Below, piece after piece: positions 10,252 through 20,890 of a stretch of DNA of 64,000 nt. Each line of letters starts with the position of its first letter. The first letter of the stretch is position 1. The notes under the pieces were generated by a model, which saw only the letters and a program-made list of their open reading frames with translations, was not told the origin of the DNA and did not search any database. The position numbers and the translations under genes are program-made. Location of the stretch: the IMG/VR virus record IMGVR_UViG_3300005537_000001, positions 62,001 to 126,000 of that record; one strand, given 5' to 3'.

Positions 10252-10740
10252 ATGAAATTTATCTTCGCGCTTCTCGTATCGGTCGCTCTAGCTGCATGCG
10301 GTGGGCATCATCACTCGCGCGCAAAGCTAGCTTACGGTGGTGGCAATGTAAAAGAATATCGGGTTCAGCAATCCGATAATTCTTGGATGTATTGGTATGT
10401 CCTTTACTCAAGCATGGACCATCAAACAAGCGTATACTACTATCGAAGCTCAACCCCACTCACGAGCTACAGTTCTGCAAGCTTTACCAGAGCGGCGGGA
10501 AATCAGCTTCCGGATGAAGTAGCTTCCGAAGTTGGGCGCGGACAAGAGGTTGGTGAACAGCAGCTTAACGAGCAGGAACTCCCGGGAAGCGTTGAACAAG
10601 ATGTAGCAGCTCAACAGGAGGCGTATTCAGAATATGAAGCTACGCAAAATGCAGCTGATTCGGAGTCAAGCGCGCCTCCTTCTGATTCTTCACCATCTTC
10701 TGACTCAAGCTCTTCAGACAGCAGCTCTTCTTCAGATTAA
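10252..10740 (+). CDS. predicted lipoprotein with Ser/Asp-rich tail
   Basis: LAAC lipobox. Confidence 0.65.
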   Translation: MKFIFALLVSVALAACGGHHHSRAKLAYGGGNVKEYRVQQSDNSWMYWYVLYSSMDHQTSVYYYRSSTPLTSYSSASFTRAAGNQLPDEVASEVGRGQEVGEQQLNEQELPGSVEQDVAAQQEAYSEYEATQNAADSESSAPPSDSSPSSDSSSSDSSSSSD

Positions 10741-10751
10741 GAGAGGATAAC

Positions 10752-10961
10752 ATGGGAAACAAAGTCATAGTGCTGAAATTTAGCTCACCGCTGCTGTTGG
10801 ACACCGGTGTTATTCGTTCAACGATATTCGTTGATGAGGCGAAGGGACAGCGGGCGATTGATGAGGTGCGACGGGTCATTGATGGAATGTATGAGGATGA
10901 GCGCTTCGTTCGTGGTCGATTCGTTATTTCGGAAATTACCACGCTGTGGGAAGATACATGA
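10752..10961 (+). CDS. hypothetical protein
   Basis: GAGGA RBS. Confidence 0.6.
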   Translation: MGNKVIVLKFSSPLLLDTGVIRSTIFVDEAKGQRAIDEVRRVIDGMYEDERFVRGRFVISEITTLWEDT

Positions 10962-11161
10962 TCGAATGGGAATTCATCGCGGATGAGCTCAACACGAAAG
11001 TAGGTAAAGCCATTTTCGCAATCGGTGGTAAATCTATCGTACTTCAAGTTGACAGCTTTGCCCATGCCCACAAGATTTCGGTGTTAATGAATGAAGCGTA
11101 TATGACCGGCCGGGCAACTGGAATAGCTGAAGTTAAAAGCTTGGTTAGGAATTTTTCTTAA
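10958..11161 (+). CDS. hypothetical protein
   Basis: ATGA overlap. Confidence 0.55.
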   Translation: MIEWEFIADELNTKVGKAIFAIGGKSIVLQVDSFAHAHKISVLMNEAYMTGRATGIAEVKSLVRNFS

Positions 11162-11576
11162 GGCGAATTGCAACGCCTTCTGGAATAGGTACAACTCGTC
11201 GGCGTCTAACCTTCGACTTGTTCATTCCGTCGTAGTTGAAAGCATGACCAACTATTCGAGCGACGTAGGTTGTATCGAAGGTTCGATAGAGGGGAGCGCA
11301 GCGCTCAGTTAATCCCTGCTTAGCAACTTCAACGCTAAGTGGGTGATCATCTGACTTGCTGTAAAACCACTTTGTGACTACGCTAAGAAATTCCTGAACT
11401 GGAACATTTTCCTGTTCGGCAAAATCGAGCACGTAAGCACCAATTTCAGTCGGCGTAATTTGATCGATAATGCAAAGATAGATTTCGCGCTTATATTCTA
11501 GCAGTGACATGAAGTGTAGATTTGAACGCTCATTTATCTGTTCTATCTTCAGCTCCGGAATTCGCTTTTTGGTCAA
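11145..11576 (-). CDS. hypothetical protein
   Basis: RBS on minus strand; divergent from promoter at 11648. Confidence 0.7.
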   Translation of the reverse strand: MTKKRIPELKIEQINERSNLHFMSLLEYKREIYLCIIDQITPTEIGAYVLDFAEQENVPVQEFLSVVTKWFYSKSDDHPLSVEVAKQGLTERCAPLYRTFDTTYVARIVGHAFNYDGMNKSKVRRRRVVPIPEGVAIRLKKNS

Positions 11577-11647
11577 ACTGGATCTCCCAGGTTACAATAT
11601 TGTTTGAAATATTTAATCAGACGCTGACCTGTAGCAGGATAAAATAA

Positions 11648-11677
11648 ATGTACTTTTCAGGTCTAGCGTGATAGAAT
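11648..11677 (+). promoter_or_regulatory. sigma70-like early promoter
   Basis: ATGTACTTTTCAGG...TGATAGAAT. Confidence 0.6.
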
Positions 11678-11696
11678 TCTTCTACTGAACAAGGAG

Positions 11697-11942
11697 ATGA
11701 TCATGTGGCAAGGTGACTTCGTTCAAAAACCTGAAGCTTCAGTTCGTGAAAAGCTGCTCGCGCAGCGGGCAGAGCTGGTGAAGCAAGTCAAGGCAGTTCA
11801 GGCGCGCAAGTTTCCCAAGGGTGCCGACATCGAGCAACTCAAGCGCTTTCAGAAGAAGGACCTTCTCGAGCTGGCCGCAAAGATCGTCAAGATTGACAAC
11901 AAGCTTGGACGCAACGAAGGCGTCAAGATGCTTCGGGTGTAG
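11697..11942 (+). CDS. basic coiled-coil hypothetical protein
   Basis: AAGGAG RBS. Confidence 0.7.
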   Translation: MIMWQGDFVQKPEASVREKLLAQRAELVKQVKAVQARKFPKGADIEQLKRFQKKDLLELAAKIVKIDNKLGRNEGVKMLRV

Positions 11943-12153
11943 CTTGATTCTCGAGGGTAAAACCGGAAAAGGTAAAAACCGGATTCGTGAAAATGGATCC
12001 GAGTGGGTTCTCCTTCAAGAAGCCGATCACGTCATGTTTAACCCCGAACGCGGTCCTTGGCTTCTCATTCGCCCAGCTGCAAGAACCGACGACGCCAAGG
12101 ATCGGTGGATTCACTCAAAGCACGATGTTGACTTCCGCATCCTCCCAGACCCA

Positions 12154-12230
12154 ATTTAACAATAATGCTCCATTTAACATAATGCGCTGTCTCACGAAGA
12201 AGTGTACTTTCATCAGGTTCAGTGTAGAAT
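12154..12230 (+). promoter_or_regulatory. paired ATTTAAC(A)ATAATG boxes plus promoter
   Basis: same cassette at 14861-14924 and 23428-23510. Confidence 0.7.
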
Positions 12231-12241
12231 AGGCATACGAA

Positions 12242-12616
12242 TTGAAACTGATGAGGATACATTCGATGAATAGCAAAGTGAACGTGAATGAGTCCAAGGT
12301 GTTGAGCATCCTTAACCAGATCTCTCACCTCACTCTCGAAGACATGTTGGTGCTGAACAAGGGTTTGGTTCAGATGATCAACCAAAAGTCGCGTCTCTCC
12401 CATCTCGAAGCTTCCATGAAGTTCACGCCTGGTCAGATCATCAAGTTTACCAAGCTGGGTCGTGGGCGCGACGCCGGAACGCACTTCATCAAGATCGAAG
12501 GTTTCAACCGAGCCGGCACCGCGGTTAAGGGATATCCGGTGCATCCCACCTCCTACGAGAAAATTCCTGGTCCGAGTTGGACGGTATCCACCACTTCCTG
12601 CACGTTGGTCAAGTAA
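12242..12616 (+). CDS. hypothetical protein
   Basis: ORF track. Confidence 0.65.
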   Translation: MKLMRIHSMNSKVNVNESKVLSILNQISHLTLEDMLVLNKGLVQMINQKSRLSHLEASMKFTPGQIIKFTKLGRGRDAGTHFIKIEGFNRAGTAVKGYPVHPTSYEKIPGPSWTVSTTSCTLVK

Positions 12617-12857
12617 TGGCTAACGTGCTGAAGGTTTCGGGAACCAATTGGTTGTGCATGCAGGTGGGATCAAGGTGGATTCCGATTTGCCAGCTTACGA
12701 GCGAGCAGATCAAATCGTACGACGAGGTCGCGCGAATGGATCCACACGTCCGACACGTCAAAAGTAGACCACCTTGCGACTGCGGTGCGTTGGATTTTAG
12801 CCAGGGTCCACTACCCCACGCGATTGGTTGTTCATCGAAATTCGTGGGAGATAAATC

Positions 12858-13115
12858 TTGAGCAAAAATCTTTCTTCGGCAGTTTGGCCGGCGATCTTCA
12901 ACAGCTCAGCCGCGCTGAAAACTCGAGATCCAATCTCCCTCTGCAATGACCTTCTGTTGGCGTGGGCGATGGTCAAAAGCAGGGCATCAAATTTCGCCCC
13001 TCATCCCAGGCTTGGAGCCACATTTGAGGCGGCGAAAAAGCAGCTAGGAATTCCGAGCACTTCACCAACTTATCTCGCGTACCATCTCAAGATGCTCCAG
13101 GAGAAAGCGGCATGA
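12858..13115 (+). CDS. hypothetical protein
   Basis: GGAG RBS, TTG start. Confidence 0.55.
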   Translation: MSKNLSSAVWPAIFNSSAALKTRDPISLCNDLLLAWAMVKSRASNFAPHPRLGATFEAAKKQLGIPSTSPTYLAYHLKMLQEKAA

Positions 13116-13705
13116 GCAAGCGACAGGATACCCAGCTTCTGAAGCTTTTAACCCCCGAGTTGAAGGCCAAGGTTGAACAGAAGACGAAGGAGTGCTTCGC
13201 GGCAGCGGCCAAGCACTTCAAGACCGAATTTCCGGATTTGGAAATTCGCTACGACATCAAGAACTGGACCGGTGGAATTGCCTACCGCGGCCGAAATCTG
13301 GTTCGCTACAACCTTATCCTTCTAGTAGAGAACGAGAAGCACTTCATCGAAAACATCGTGCCTCACGAGGTCGCCCACATTGTGGTCAACAAGACCGCGC
13401 GGTTGGAACCGGGTGACAAGCGGAAACGGATCATGCCTCACGGCAAGGAGTGGAAGTTCGTGATGACGGAAATCTTCAAGGTGCCCGCCAATCCCAAGCA
13501 CACGTATGACTGCTCGTCTATCGAGAAAAATTCGAAACGGAAGAGTTCGAGGCGGGCCCGAGTTGAGAACGCGCTCAACGTCATCAGCTCCGTGGTTCGC
13601 CGAGCTAACAAGAAGTTTACCCCTGAGGAGCTCGCCCGGTTCCATCGTGAGGTCTTCAACATATTCAGCGTCTTTGGGTCAAATCACGAGCGGGAAGCAG
13701 CATGA
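13112..13705 (+). CDS. sprT: SprT-family zinc metalloprotease
   Basis: HEVAH and PHGKEW motifs. Confidence 0.88.
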   Translation: MSKRQDTQLLKLLTPELKAKVEQKTKECFAAAAKHFKTEFPDLEIRYDIKNWTGGIAYRGRNLVRYNLILLVENEKHFIENIVPHEVAHIVVNKTARLEPGDKRKRIMPHGKEWKFVMTEIFKVPANPKHTYDCSSIEKNSKRKSSRRARVENALNVISSVVRRANKKFTPEELARFHREVFNIFSVFGSNHEREAA

Positions 13706-13869
13706 GCGCAGCTCGCTTCATTTTGGCTATTCAGCCCTATCGTCCACCAGTTTCAAACCCCGAAACTGAACGACTTCTGCGTGAGGCGATCAAGATCATC
13801 CACGCGAATTCCCGGAACATCAACAAGGATTGGCTTGCTCGCGCGCGAGCCCACATTGGGAGATTGAAA

Positions 13870-14042
13870 TGAGCAGAATGCAAATTGTTCTTGAGAACAG
13901 TCCCGATTCGGTGATTTACCGTTCGGATCCGATTGAGGTTACCGAAACAATGGATATCACCGAAGTGGTTATCCAAGTTCTGCAAAATGACTGCATCGAT
14001 TTAGCCGTAGGTGACACACTCAAAATTATGGAGCTAACATGA
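13870..14042 (+). CDS. hypothetical protein
   Basis: 3' part of ORF-track 13830..14042; start approximate. Confidence 0.5.
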
Positions 14043-14228
14043 TCATCATCGATTTGTATTCCATCGCTGGATTTCTCGTTGCCATTCTGGCAACGTTCAC
14101 CTTCAAGATGTGGCATTTGCCGCTAATTCAGTGGTTCGTGGCATTTTTGCTCGCGATGTTCGCGTGGCCGTTAGCCGCGCTGATAATTTTTGTTTACCGC
14201 TTAGATAAACACGGTACGTGAGGAGATT

Positions 14229-14612
14229 ATGGGCTACCGAACGGTTGTTATTCTGTACAATGATCAAGCTCATGAATGGGAGAATGATCCGAAGCTTGGA
14301 GAGAAGATTTCTCGGGCAATGCACGAGGTAGCCCAAAGATCAGAACCATCAAGCTTGTCATATTCTACCGGAGCATCAATTCATTACGGAAATGTTGTGG
14401 AGTGCGCTCATGCCGATGGAGAAACTCTCGCGATGATCGAGAGCTACAGCTTCTATCCACTCGCGTATGGGTCGTGGCATTCCGGTAAATCGATCATCAA
14501 GCAGAAGCTGGAACTGCTCACGCGTGCTGCCGAGACGATGGGATACCATTTGGTAAAGAATAAACCCGAGCCGGAAATCGTCGGCACGAATCACGACGGA
14601 CACGACATCTGA
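14229..14612 (+). CDS. hypothetical protein
   Basis: GAGGAG RBS. Confidence 0.7.
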   Translation: MGYRTVVILYNDQAHEWENDPKLGEKISRAMHEVAQRSEPSSLSYSTGASIHYGNVVECAHADGETLAMIESYSFYPLAYGSWHSGKSIIKQKLELLTRAAETMGYHLVKNKPEPEIVGTNHDGHDI

Positions 14613-14866
14613 TGCCGAAGCTAAAGCTGCGCGATCGATACGTGGTTGAGGATGGAATACCTATCATCCGCCAAATCAACCGAACAACAGGGGCACCCAT
14701 TCCAACTGAGCGGGAAAAGCAGGCTGCGATCGATAGGTATCATGCCTCACGCATGATCATCGACCAAAGCTGGGCTTCTCAGATGATTGAAGTCGAATTC
14801 GAACCAGAAGATTTGGATGTCAAGCTTGACGTCTGGGATCACAGCCGCAACCTCTGGCCAATTTAA
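14612..14866 (+). CDS. hypothetical protein
   Basis: TGATG coupling. Confidence 0.6.
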   Translation: MPKLKLRDRYVVEDGIPIIRQINRTTGAPIPTEREKQAAIDRYHASRMIIDQSWASQMIEVEFEPEDLDVKLDVWDHSRNLWPI

Positions 14867-14924
14867 CATAATGTGCATTTAACAATAATGCGATTGTGTA
14901 CTTCTGTCAGGTTCAGTGTATAAT
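14861..14924 (+). promoter_or_regulatory. paired ATTTAAC(A)ATAATG boxes plus promoter
   Basis: GTGTACTTCTGTCAGGTTCAGTGTATAAT, near-identical to 12202-12230. Confidence 0.7.
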
Positions 14925-14953
14925 ATCTTTACGCTGACAAACACGAGGATGGT

Positions 14954-16255
14954 ATGACAAATTTCGTCAAGGTGATTAAGGCTTGTGAAAGCGCAAGCGG
15001 AGCTGGAACCAAGGAGACCATCAAGGCCGCCCTGAAGACAGCAGATCCTACTGCGGTTCGCCTCATCGCGGAAGCCCTCAACCCATACCGCGTCTTCGGT
15101 ATCCGGAAGTACGATCGACCAAAGGCTTACGGAGCTGCTCCGAAATCCGCAGCATCATTCAACGTTTGGTTTGATCTCCTCGACAAGCTGGCCTCACGTG
15201 AGCTTACGGGAAATGCCGCTTCGATCGCGGTAACCACCGACCTTGCTTGCTACGATGTGGAGACGGCTTCCTACCTCGAGCGTATCCTCGACAAGGACCT
15301 CAAGGCCGGCTTTAGCGCAGACACGGTCAACAAGATTCACAAGAACGCGATTCCCACCTTCGAGGTGATGCTTGCCGACAAGTGCGACACTCCGGAGGAG
15401 CTAGAAACTGAAATCACGTTCCCTTGCCAAGCTGATTTCAAATACGACGGCGAGCGGACAATCGCGGTCGTGAAGAAAGATTCCGTGATCTACTACTCGC
15501 GTAGCGGCAAGGAAGCTACCCACGTCAACGGTCTCTTCGATGATGAGCTTCAGCGCCTCCGTGATCTTTCCGGTGAAGACATCGTCCTCGATGGCGAACG
15601 CTACGCTTCTAACTTCACCGAGACGATGAACGCCAAAAAGAGTGGCAACGATGAGGCGAAGGCGAATCTCCGCTTCCGCGCCTTCTTCATGATGCCGCTC
15701 TCCGATTGGATCGCGCAGAAAACCAACATCACGATGAAGGCAGCTCGTGAGACCCTCATCTTCCTCCTCAAGAAAGCCAACTGCAAGAAGATCATCATCT
15801 CGGAAGGTCGGGAAGTCAAGAACTACCAGGACATGATGAATTACTGCAACGAGGCCATCGACAAGCACGGCGTCGAAGGTCTCATCTTGAAGAATTGGAA
15901 CTCACCCTATATCTGGGATCGCAAGCTGGCCTGGTGCAAGGTGAAGCGGTTTTTTGATGTTGATTGTCGCGTCGTCGGATTTTATCCTGGCCGGCCGAAG
16001 AGCCGGTTGGAAAATAGTCTTGGTGGCATCAACGTGGTTGGCTTCACCGAGGATGGTACCCGAGTTGAAGCCAACGTCGGAAGCGGGTTCAGCGATGAAC
16101 TCAGAACCGAGATATGGAACAACCAGAAGGCTTGGATGGGACGCACTGTGGTCATCAAGTACCAAGAAGTCAGCAAGTCCAAGAGCAAGGCGGTTGCTTC
16201 CCTGCGGTTCCCCACCTTCGAACGTGATCGTGACGACAAGGAAGTGGAGATCTAG
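14954..16255 (+). CDS. lig: ATP-dependent DNA ligase
   Basis: KYDGER, EGLILK, WCKVK, VGSGF, LRFP.F motifs. Confidence 0.93.
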   Translation: MTNFVKVIKACESASGAGTKETIKAALKTADPTAVRLIAEALNPYRVFGIRKYDRPKAYGAAPKSAASFNVWFDLLDKLASRELTGNAASIAVTTDLACYDVETASYLERILDKDLKAGFSADTVNKIHKNAIPTFEVMLADKCDTPEELETEITFPCQADFKYDGERTIAVVKKDSVIYYSRSGKEATHVNGLFDDELQRLRDLSGEDIVLDGERYASNFTETMNAKKSGNDEAKANLRFRAFFMMPLSDWIAQKTNITMKAARETLIFLLKKANCKKIIISEGREVKNYQDMMNYCNEAIDKHGVEGLILKNWNSPYIWDRKLAWCKVKRFFDVDCRVVGFYPGRPKSRLENSLGGINVVGFTEDGTRVEANVGSGFSDELRTEIWNNQKAWMGRTVVIKYQEVSKSKSKAVASLRFPTFERDRDDKEVEI

Positions 16256-16257
16256 CG

Positions 16258-16560
16258 ATGAGCGAAATCGAGCTCCGTCGAGCCACGCCGGAAAACTCGG
16301 CCGCCATTCGTCAAGATATGGCGGAGGAAGAAGTCCATATCAGTAGGGGTGCCTACAATGGCAAGTGCAACATTATGCGTTGCATAACCGTACTTCCCGC
16401 TAACTGGTATAACGCCTCGACCCACGCCTACTACTGTCTAAATTGCGCGGACTACATCAATTCTTTTGATCACGTGATTTGCAGTTTCTGCGATCATGAT
16501 CTTTCCTTCGAGGAAAAGGATAATCTGAATCGGGAACTCTACAAGAGGTTGAAACCATGA
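16258..16560 (+). CDS. Cys-rich hypothetical protein
   Basis: several CxxC. Confidence 0.6.
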   Translation: MSEIELRRATPENSAAIRQDMAEEEVHISRGAYNGKCNIMRCITVLPANWYNASTHAYYCLNCADYINSFDHVICSFCDHDLSFEEKDNLNRELYKRLKP

Positions 16561-16802
16561 GCCGTAACGCGCTTGAAATTTTTCAAGCTGAAGATCCTGA
16601 AGGATTTCAACTGCTCCAAGTAGCTGCTCAGATGTCTCGAAGCGAGAAGGTTGATCCAATCGATCGGTTGGTTCTTCTAGCTGAAATATCAACGGCAGTT
16701 GGGCCGTACATGATTAAGGCAGCGGTTGAACAGCTCGCCGAAGAAGAAAAACCAAAATATGAATGGCGAAATGGAGCGCGGGTTCGCGTTAAAAATTCAT
16801 GA
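16557..16802 (+). CDS. hypothetical protein
   Basis: ATGA overlaps. Confidence 0.6.
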   Translation: MSRNALEIFQAEDPEGFQLLQVAAQMSRSEKVDPIDRLVLLAEISTAVGPYMIKAAVEQLAEEEKPKYEWRNGARVRVKNS

Positions 16803-18346
16803 GCGCTACAGCCGAAAGGGTTTGCTTCAGCATCGAGGGTGAATGGCTTGCCAACTTTGCCCGAACTAGAGTCATGGAGGGTGCTTGGGAAAGCGCCTTA
16901 CAGATTCTGGTTCGAGATTGCAGCTGCACCCATGAACAGGCCATTCAAATTCTCAAGGGTCATGCTACCTTCACCGGCGTGAGTTCGGATGAGGACGGTT
17001 TGGGCTGGAAGGAGCTTCCGCCAAAAGGTAAGATAGCTAAGGACATGCAGCACCAGCTTGACTACTTGTACGGCGCTGTATTCAAGCACGGTGACAAGTA
17101 TTGGAAGCCGTACGCCTACGTCCAAGGATGGGGACCCGAGGACATGAAGTTCAACCACGAATATTCCGGTAGCAGAAATATTCTTGGAAGCAGTGAGAGA
17201 CAGAAGTATCTGCTTCGCAGCCTGTATTACGCAAACGATCCTGGTAGGGATATGTTGATCTATATCGATGCAGCACCCGACAAAATTTCTGACGTGCTTT
17301 GTGAAGAAACTCCGATGCCGCCGCTGTGGTATGAGGTTTCTGTCAATCGACCAATCGAGCATCTTCTCAAGCTTCGAAATTCGGGCAAGCTGCGAATTGA
17401 ACGGCGCGGCGCATCTTCTGAACCATATCTTGGTGTCTCGACCATACGCTACAACGACATCGTCGAGCCCGGCTACAGAGGCTCCGCTCGCGAGGAAAAG
17501 AAATCTGCTGCCGAGATTACCACCGAATTTTTGGATGAACTGAACAAAGCTACGACCATTGATCAAATACGGGCGATAGAGCAAAAGTACGAGGGTGCCG
17601 ACGCTGAAGCCTACGATCAAAGTCAAGCCATCATCGAAAAAATTACCTGTAAGCGCATTCAAAAACAGGCCGATGAGGTTGGTGGTTGGTACGAATTGAA
17701 TCTTCGGACTGAAAATAACCCCAACTATGACCCTCCGACGTTACGAGTTCCCAAGAACGCCTTTCTCCGCTGGGCACTCCGTGGATTTCACTTCGAAAAT
17801 TTTGGCAAGGTAACGCCTGAGTGGTCATGCGTTACTTCATCCGGTTGGAAGCTTCCTCTAGACGACCCATTTCACACGGATTGGGTGATTGGAGCTGGAA
17901 TACCGTTAGCGCAAACGTACGATCGAAATTCTGAAAGCCTTGGCGCGGTCGCTATGACCGCCGCTCATGAAGCGAAATACAACCTCGTCAAGGAGTGGAC
18001 TGGAGTAGAATTCTCCATCCTCGCTCGCGGTGATGAATCGTGGATTGGCGGTGAGATAGTTCATCCCAAGCCCAACAATCGCGTTGCTCCCGGCAGCATC
18101 GCGATTGTTCCTTCGGCAGGGCCTGACTACTACAACGCGATGGTGAGTGCCTGCAAACCAGATCCCAAGTATGATCGACCGGGCTTGATTATCTGCGAAA
18201 CTGGAGGTAAGCTTGCCCATCTCGCGATAGTTGGTCGAGAGCAGAAATGCACGGTGCTGCTGGTGCCTAACGCGCTCAAGAAATACCTCCCTGGTGATCG
18301 CATTTCCATAAATTTTGAAACCAATCAAATAACGGTAACTCTATAA
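16799..18346 (+). CDS. large protein with C-terminal PEP-utiliser mobile (phospho-His)-like domain
   Basis: IICETGGKLAHLAIVGRE resembles GG..SH.AI.ARE. Confidence 0.6.
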   Translation: MSATAERVCFSIEGEWLANFARTRVMEGAWESALQILVRDCSCTHEQAIQILKGHATFTGVSSDEDGLGWKELPPKGKIAKDMQHQLDYLYGAVFKHGDKYWKPYAYVQGWGPEDMKFNHEYSGSRNILGSSERQKYLLRSLYYANDPGRDMLIYIDAAPDKISDVLCEETPMPPLWYEVSVNRPIEHLLKLRNSGKLRIERRGASSEPYLGVSTIRYNDIVEPGYRGSAREEKKSAAEITTEFLDELNKATTIDQIRAIEQKYEGADAEAYDQSQAIIEKITCKRIQKQADEVGGWYELNLRTENNPNYDPPTLRVPKNAFLRWALRGFHFENFGKVTPEWSCVTSSGWKLPLDDPFHTDWVIGAGIPLAQTYDRNSESLGAVAMTAAHEAKYNLVKEWTGVEFSILARGDESWIGGEIVHPKPNNRVAPGSIAIVPSAGPDYYNAMVSACKPDPKYDRPGLIICETGGKLAHLAIVGREQKCTVLLVPNALKKYLPGDRISINFETNQITVTL

Positions 18347-18726
18347 TGCCACGCTTAAAGAAGAGTGACCTAAAGGCGATCATCGCCCACCACAACAACA
18401 ATCCGATACTTGAGGAGTTGCAGCGGCGCAGAACCTCAGATGAGGCAACTTGCCCACGCTGCGCTGGTACCAAGCGCATGCCAGTTCCAGAATCAAGCCG
18501 GCGCTGGGTAGGAATTATCGCTGGATATGATCCGGCAACCGATACCTTCGAATGCAACAACTGTGGAGCGCAGCGCATGTTTGAACGCGCCACTGGAAAG
18601 GTGTTCGTGAGAGCGGATGGTACACCATGCCTTCACGAATATACGAGCAAGACCATCCGAAACTGCCTGACGCAGTATGACTGCAAGCACTGCCCTGAAA
18701 GTCACGTTATCGATAGCGGAGATTGA
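18346..18726 (+). CDS. zinc-ribbon protein
   Basis: CPRC, CNNC, CKHC. Confidence 0.65.
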   Translation: MPRLKKSDLKAIIAHHNNNPILEELQRRRTSDEATCPRCAGTKRMPVPESSRRWVGIIAGYDPATDTFECNNCGAQRMFERATGKVFVRADGTPCLHEYTSKTIRNCLTQYDCKHCPESHVIDSGD

Positions 18727-18953
18727 CATGTCCACATTTGAAATTCCCGGAGCGATCGATACGTTGGAGGAAGCTCAAGCTTTCTATTCCGATCTGCATC
18801 TGGTCTATTGGTTCTCTCGACCGCCAGAAAAATTCAAGCAGGGCCCAGCTTGGCAGAGCACGTGGTATCTTCGCCAGCATACTGAAGAGCTTATCGAGCT
18901 CTTGGTTGCTGAGGTACAAAGGGAACATCTGGCGAGGAGAGCGGCATGAGTGA
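18723..18953 (+). other. small ORF cluster; real gene probably ATG 18728 to 18949
   Basis: frame of 18677..18949. Confidence 0.45.
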
Positions 18954-19431
18954 AGAAGTAGAAGCGCGGGCCGCCTTAAGACTAGTGCTGGTGCAGCTCG
19001 AGGAAGCAAAATCAACCATCACGAAGGCGCTGCTTTGGACTTGTCCGCACAACGACGGCTTCGGGGTTATAACAACGCACGATGCCTGTCCAGCTTGTGG
19101 CAGGCTGAAGCCTTCGCTGGCCAGCTGAATCACGTTTGATATTTATGCCGGTGCCGTAAAAAGCGCCGTCGCGCCAATTTCGAAAATCGTCTTTCTAGGT
19201 TGACATGAAATAAATACGACTATGAAGATAGTCGACCTCAACCGTTATCGTACCCGCCGAACAATCGAAAAACTTGAAAAGAGAATCGGTGAGCTCGCTA
19301 TTACCCCACAAATTGGGGTAGTGCGTGAAATGAAAACCTGCTTCAAAGAATGGCTGAAGATGAATTCCCGCTAGTATACGCTAACGCGTATTTGTGTTAA
19401 GATAATTTTATCCCCGCTGAATGAGATACCC

Positions 19432-20424
19432 ATGCTGCACATCCGAGAAGTTTCCGATCTCCACCTGGAATTCATGTACGATTTGTATGATCGTGGTTCA
19501 GATCATGCAAAGAAAGAGCTACTCAAAATATTACCGCCGCTGCCTACCGACAAGAAATCCGTGCTAGTTGTAGCTGGAGATCTTGCGACGGCGAAACAGC
19601 CGCAGCGCATCGCTACATTCTTCGAAATTCTTCAGCCAAGATTTAAGCATTTCATCTACGTGCTTGGCAATCATGAGCATTATGGAATGTACATGTCTGA
19701 TACCCTGGACGCGATTGCTTCCCGCCTGAAGGATTCACCAACGCTCAACATGAAGAAAATTACAGTTGTTGGCAACGAGCCTGTTAAGGTGAAGATTGGT
19801 GAGGTGACGTTTATTTGCGGCACGCTGTGGACTGACTATAGCCTGGGGCCGAGCGATTCAGCTGACCTCCAGCTGTTTATCCGTGAGCAGTGGGCCCGTG
19901 AGGCGGCATACCGCAGGCGCGGTAAGATAGAAGATGCTGAACACTTGAAAAGATTCATCGAAGAACATTTCGAGAATAGCTCGGATCTTCAACAGCTCCA
20001 CCTCATAATTTCAAGATCAATCACCGATCACAAGCGCATCCTCGATGATACCGGATTGGGCGTTACGCCGTCACAGCTGGCTGCTGAGGTGTTCAACCCA
20101 ACTTTGGTCAAGTTCGAGGAATGGCTTAAAGAGGGCGATAATAGCAAGACGGTCGTTGTTACGCATCACATGCCTTCGTTTGACGCGGTGGCGCTGCAGT
20201 ACACAACCGATCCAGCTACCAGGATGCTAAATCACGCGTTCGCGTCAAACCTAAACGACTTCATCAAGCTGCATCAACCAGCTATGTGGTTTTTCGGTCA
20301 CACTCACGTAAAGTACAATGGGACTATCGGTAAAACCATTCTGCACTGCAATCCGCTTGGGTACCCGCACGAGCCTACCTCCGTAAACAATGAATACGAC
20401 ACTACGAAAATTTATTCGCTATGA
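19432..20424 (+). CDS. calcineurin-like metallophosphoesterase
   Basis: DLH, GD, GNHE, THH, GHTH. Confidence 0.88.
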   Translation: MLHIREVSDLHLEFMYDLYDRGSDHAKKELLKILPPLPTDKKSVLVVAGDLATAKQPQRIATFFEILQPRFKHFIYVLGNHEHYGMYMSDTLDAIASRLKDSPTLNMKKITVVGNEPVKVKIGEVTFICGTLWTDYSLGPSDSADLQLFIREQWAREAAYRRRGKIEDAEHLKRFIEEHFENSSDLQQLHLIISRSITDHKRILDDTGLGVTPSQLAAEVFNPTLVKFEEWLKEGDNSKTVVVTHHMPSFDAVALQYTTDPATRMLNHAFASNLNDFIKLHQPAMWFFGHTHVKYNGTIGKTILHCNPLGYPHEPTSVNNEYDTTKIYSL

Positions 20425-20876
20425 CGGCAAAAATTTTTCAATTTAAATCGAAGGAAGCTCGGAAACCTCAAACTAAGAAGCAACCTCCTACCGTATTCAA
20501 GAAAACCAACAGCGAGATATACGGTGACGTGATGGAAGATGTTTTGGGAGAATGGCAGGCCGCGGCTGGAAGAGATCAGCTAAACGGATATCTCACCAAG
20601 AAAATTCCAGCTTCAGCTAGACACGGTTGGCCAGAACCAGATTTTGTTTCAGATTTAAACTTGTTGTCTACGATAGAAAAGAAGCTGAAGATGAAGGTAG
20701 CTATCTTTTATCCCGGCTGCACCTCAACCAACAAAATCGGCTGGCTGGCAGCATTTCACATTGACAAAGAAATTTTTACAACTCCACCAGACATGGCTTC
20801 AGAGGGATACGCGCGCGCGATCTGCGTAGTCCTCTTTTTGGAATTTAACCGTCTCATGAAAACTTTAGGTCGATAA
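20421..20876 (+). CDS. hypothetical protein
   Basis: ORF track. Confidence 0.65.
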   Translation: MTAKIFQFKSKEARKPQTKKQPPTVFKKTNSEIYGDVMEDVLGEWQAAAGRDQLNGYLTKKIPASARHGWPEPDFVSDLNLLSTIEKKLKMKVAIFYPGCTSTNKIGWLAAFHIDKEIFTTPPDMASEGYARAICVVLFLEFNRLMKTLGR

Positions 20877-20890
20877 TCTAGGAGAATAAG

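Noticed and set aside
10660-10740. TCT/TCA-rich repeat
   Set aside because: Low-complexity Ser-rich protein tail
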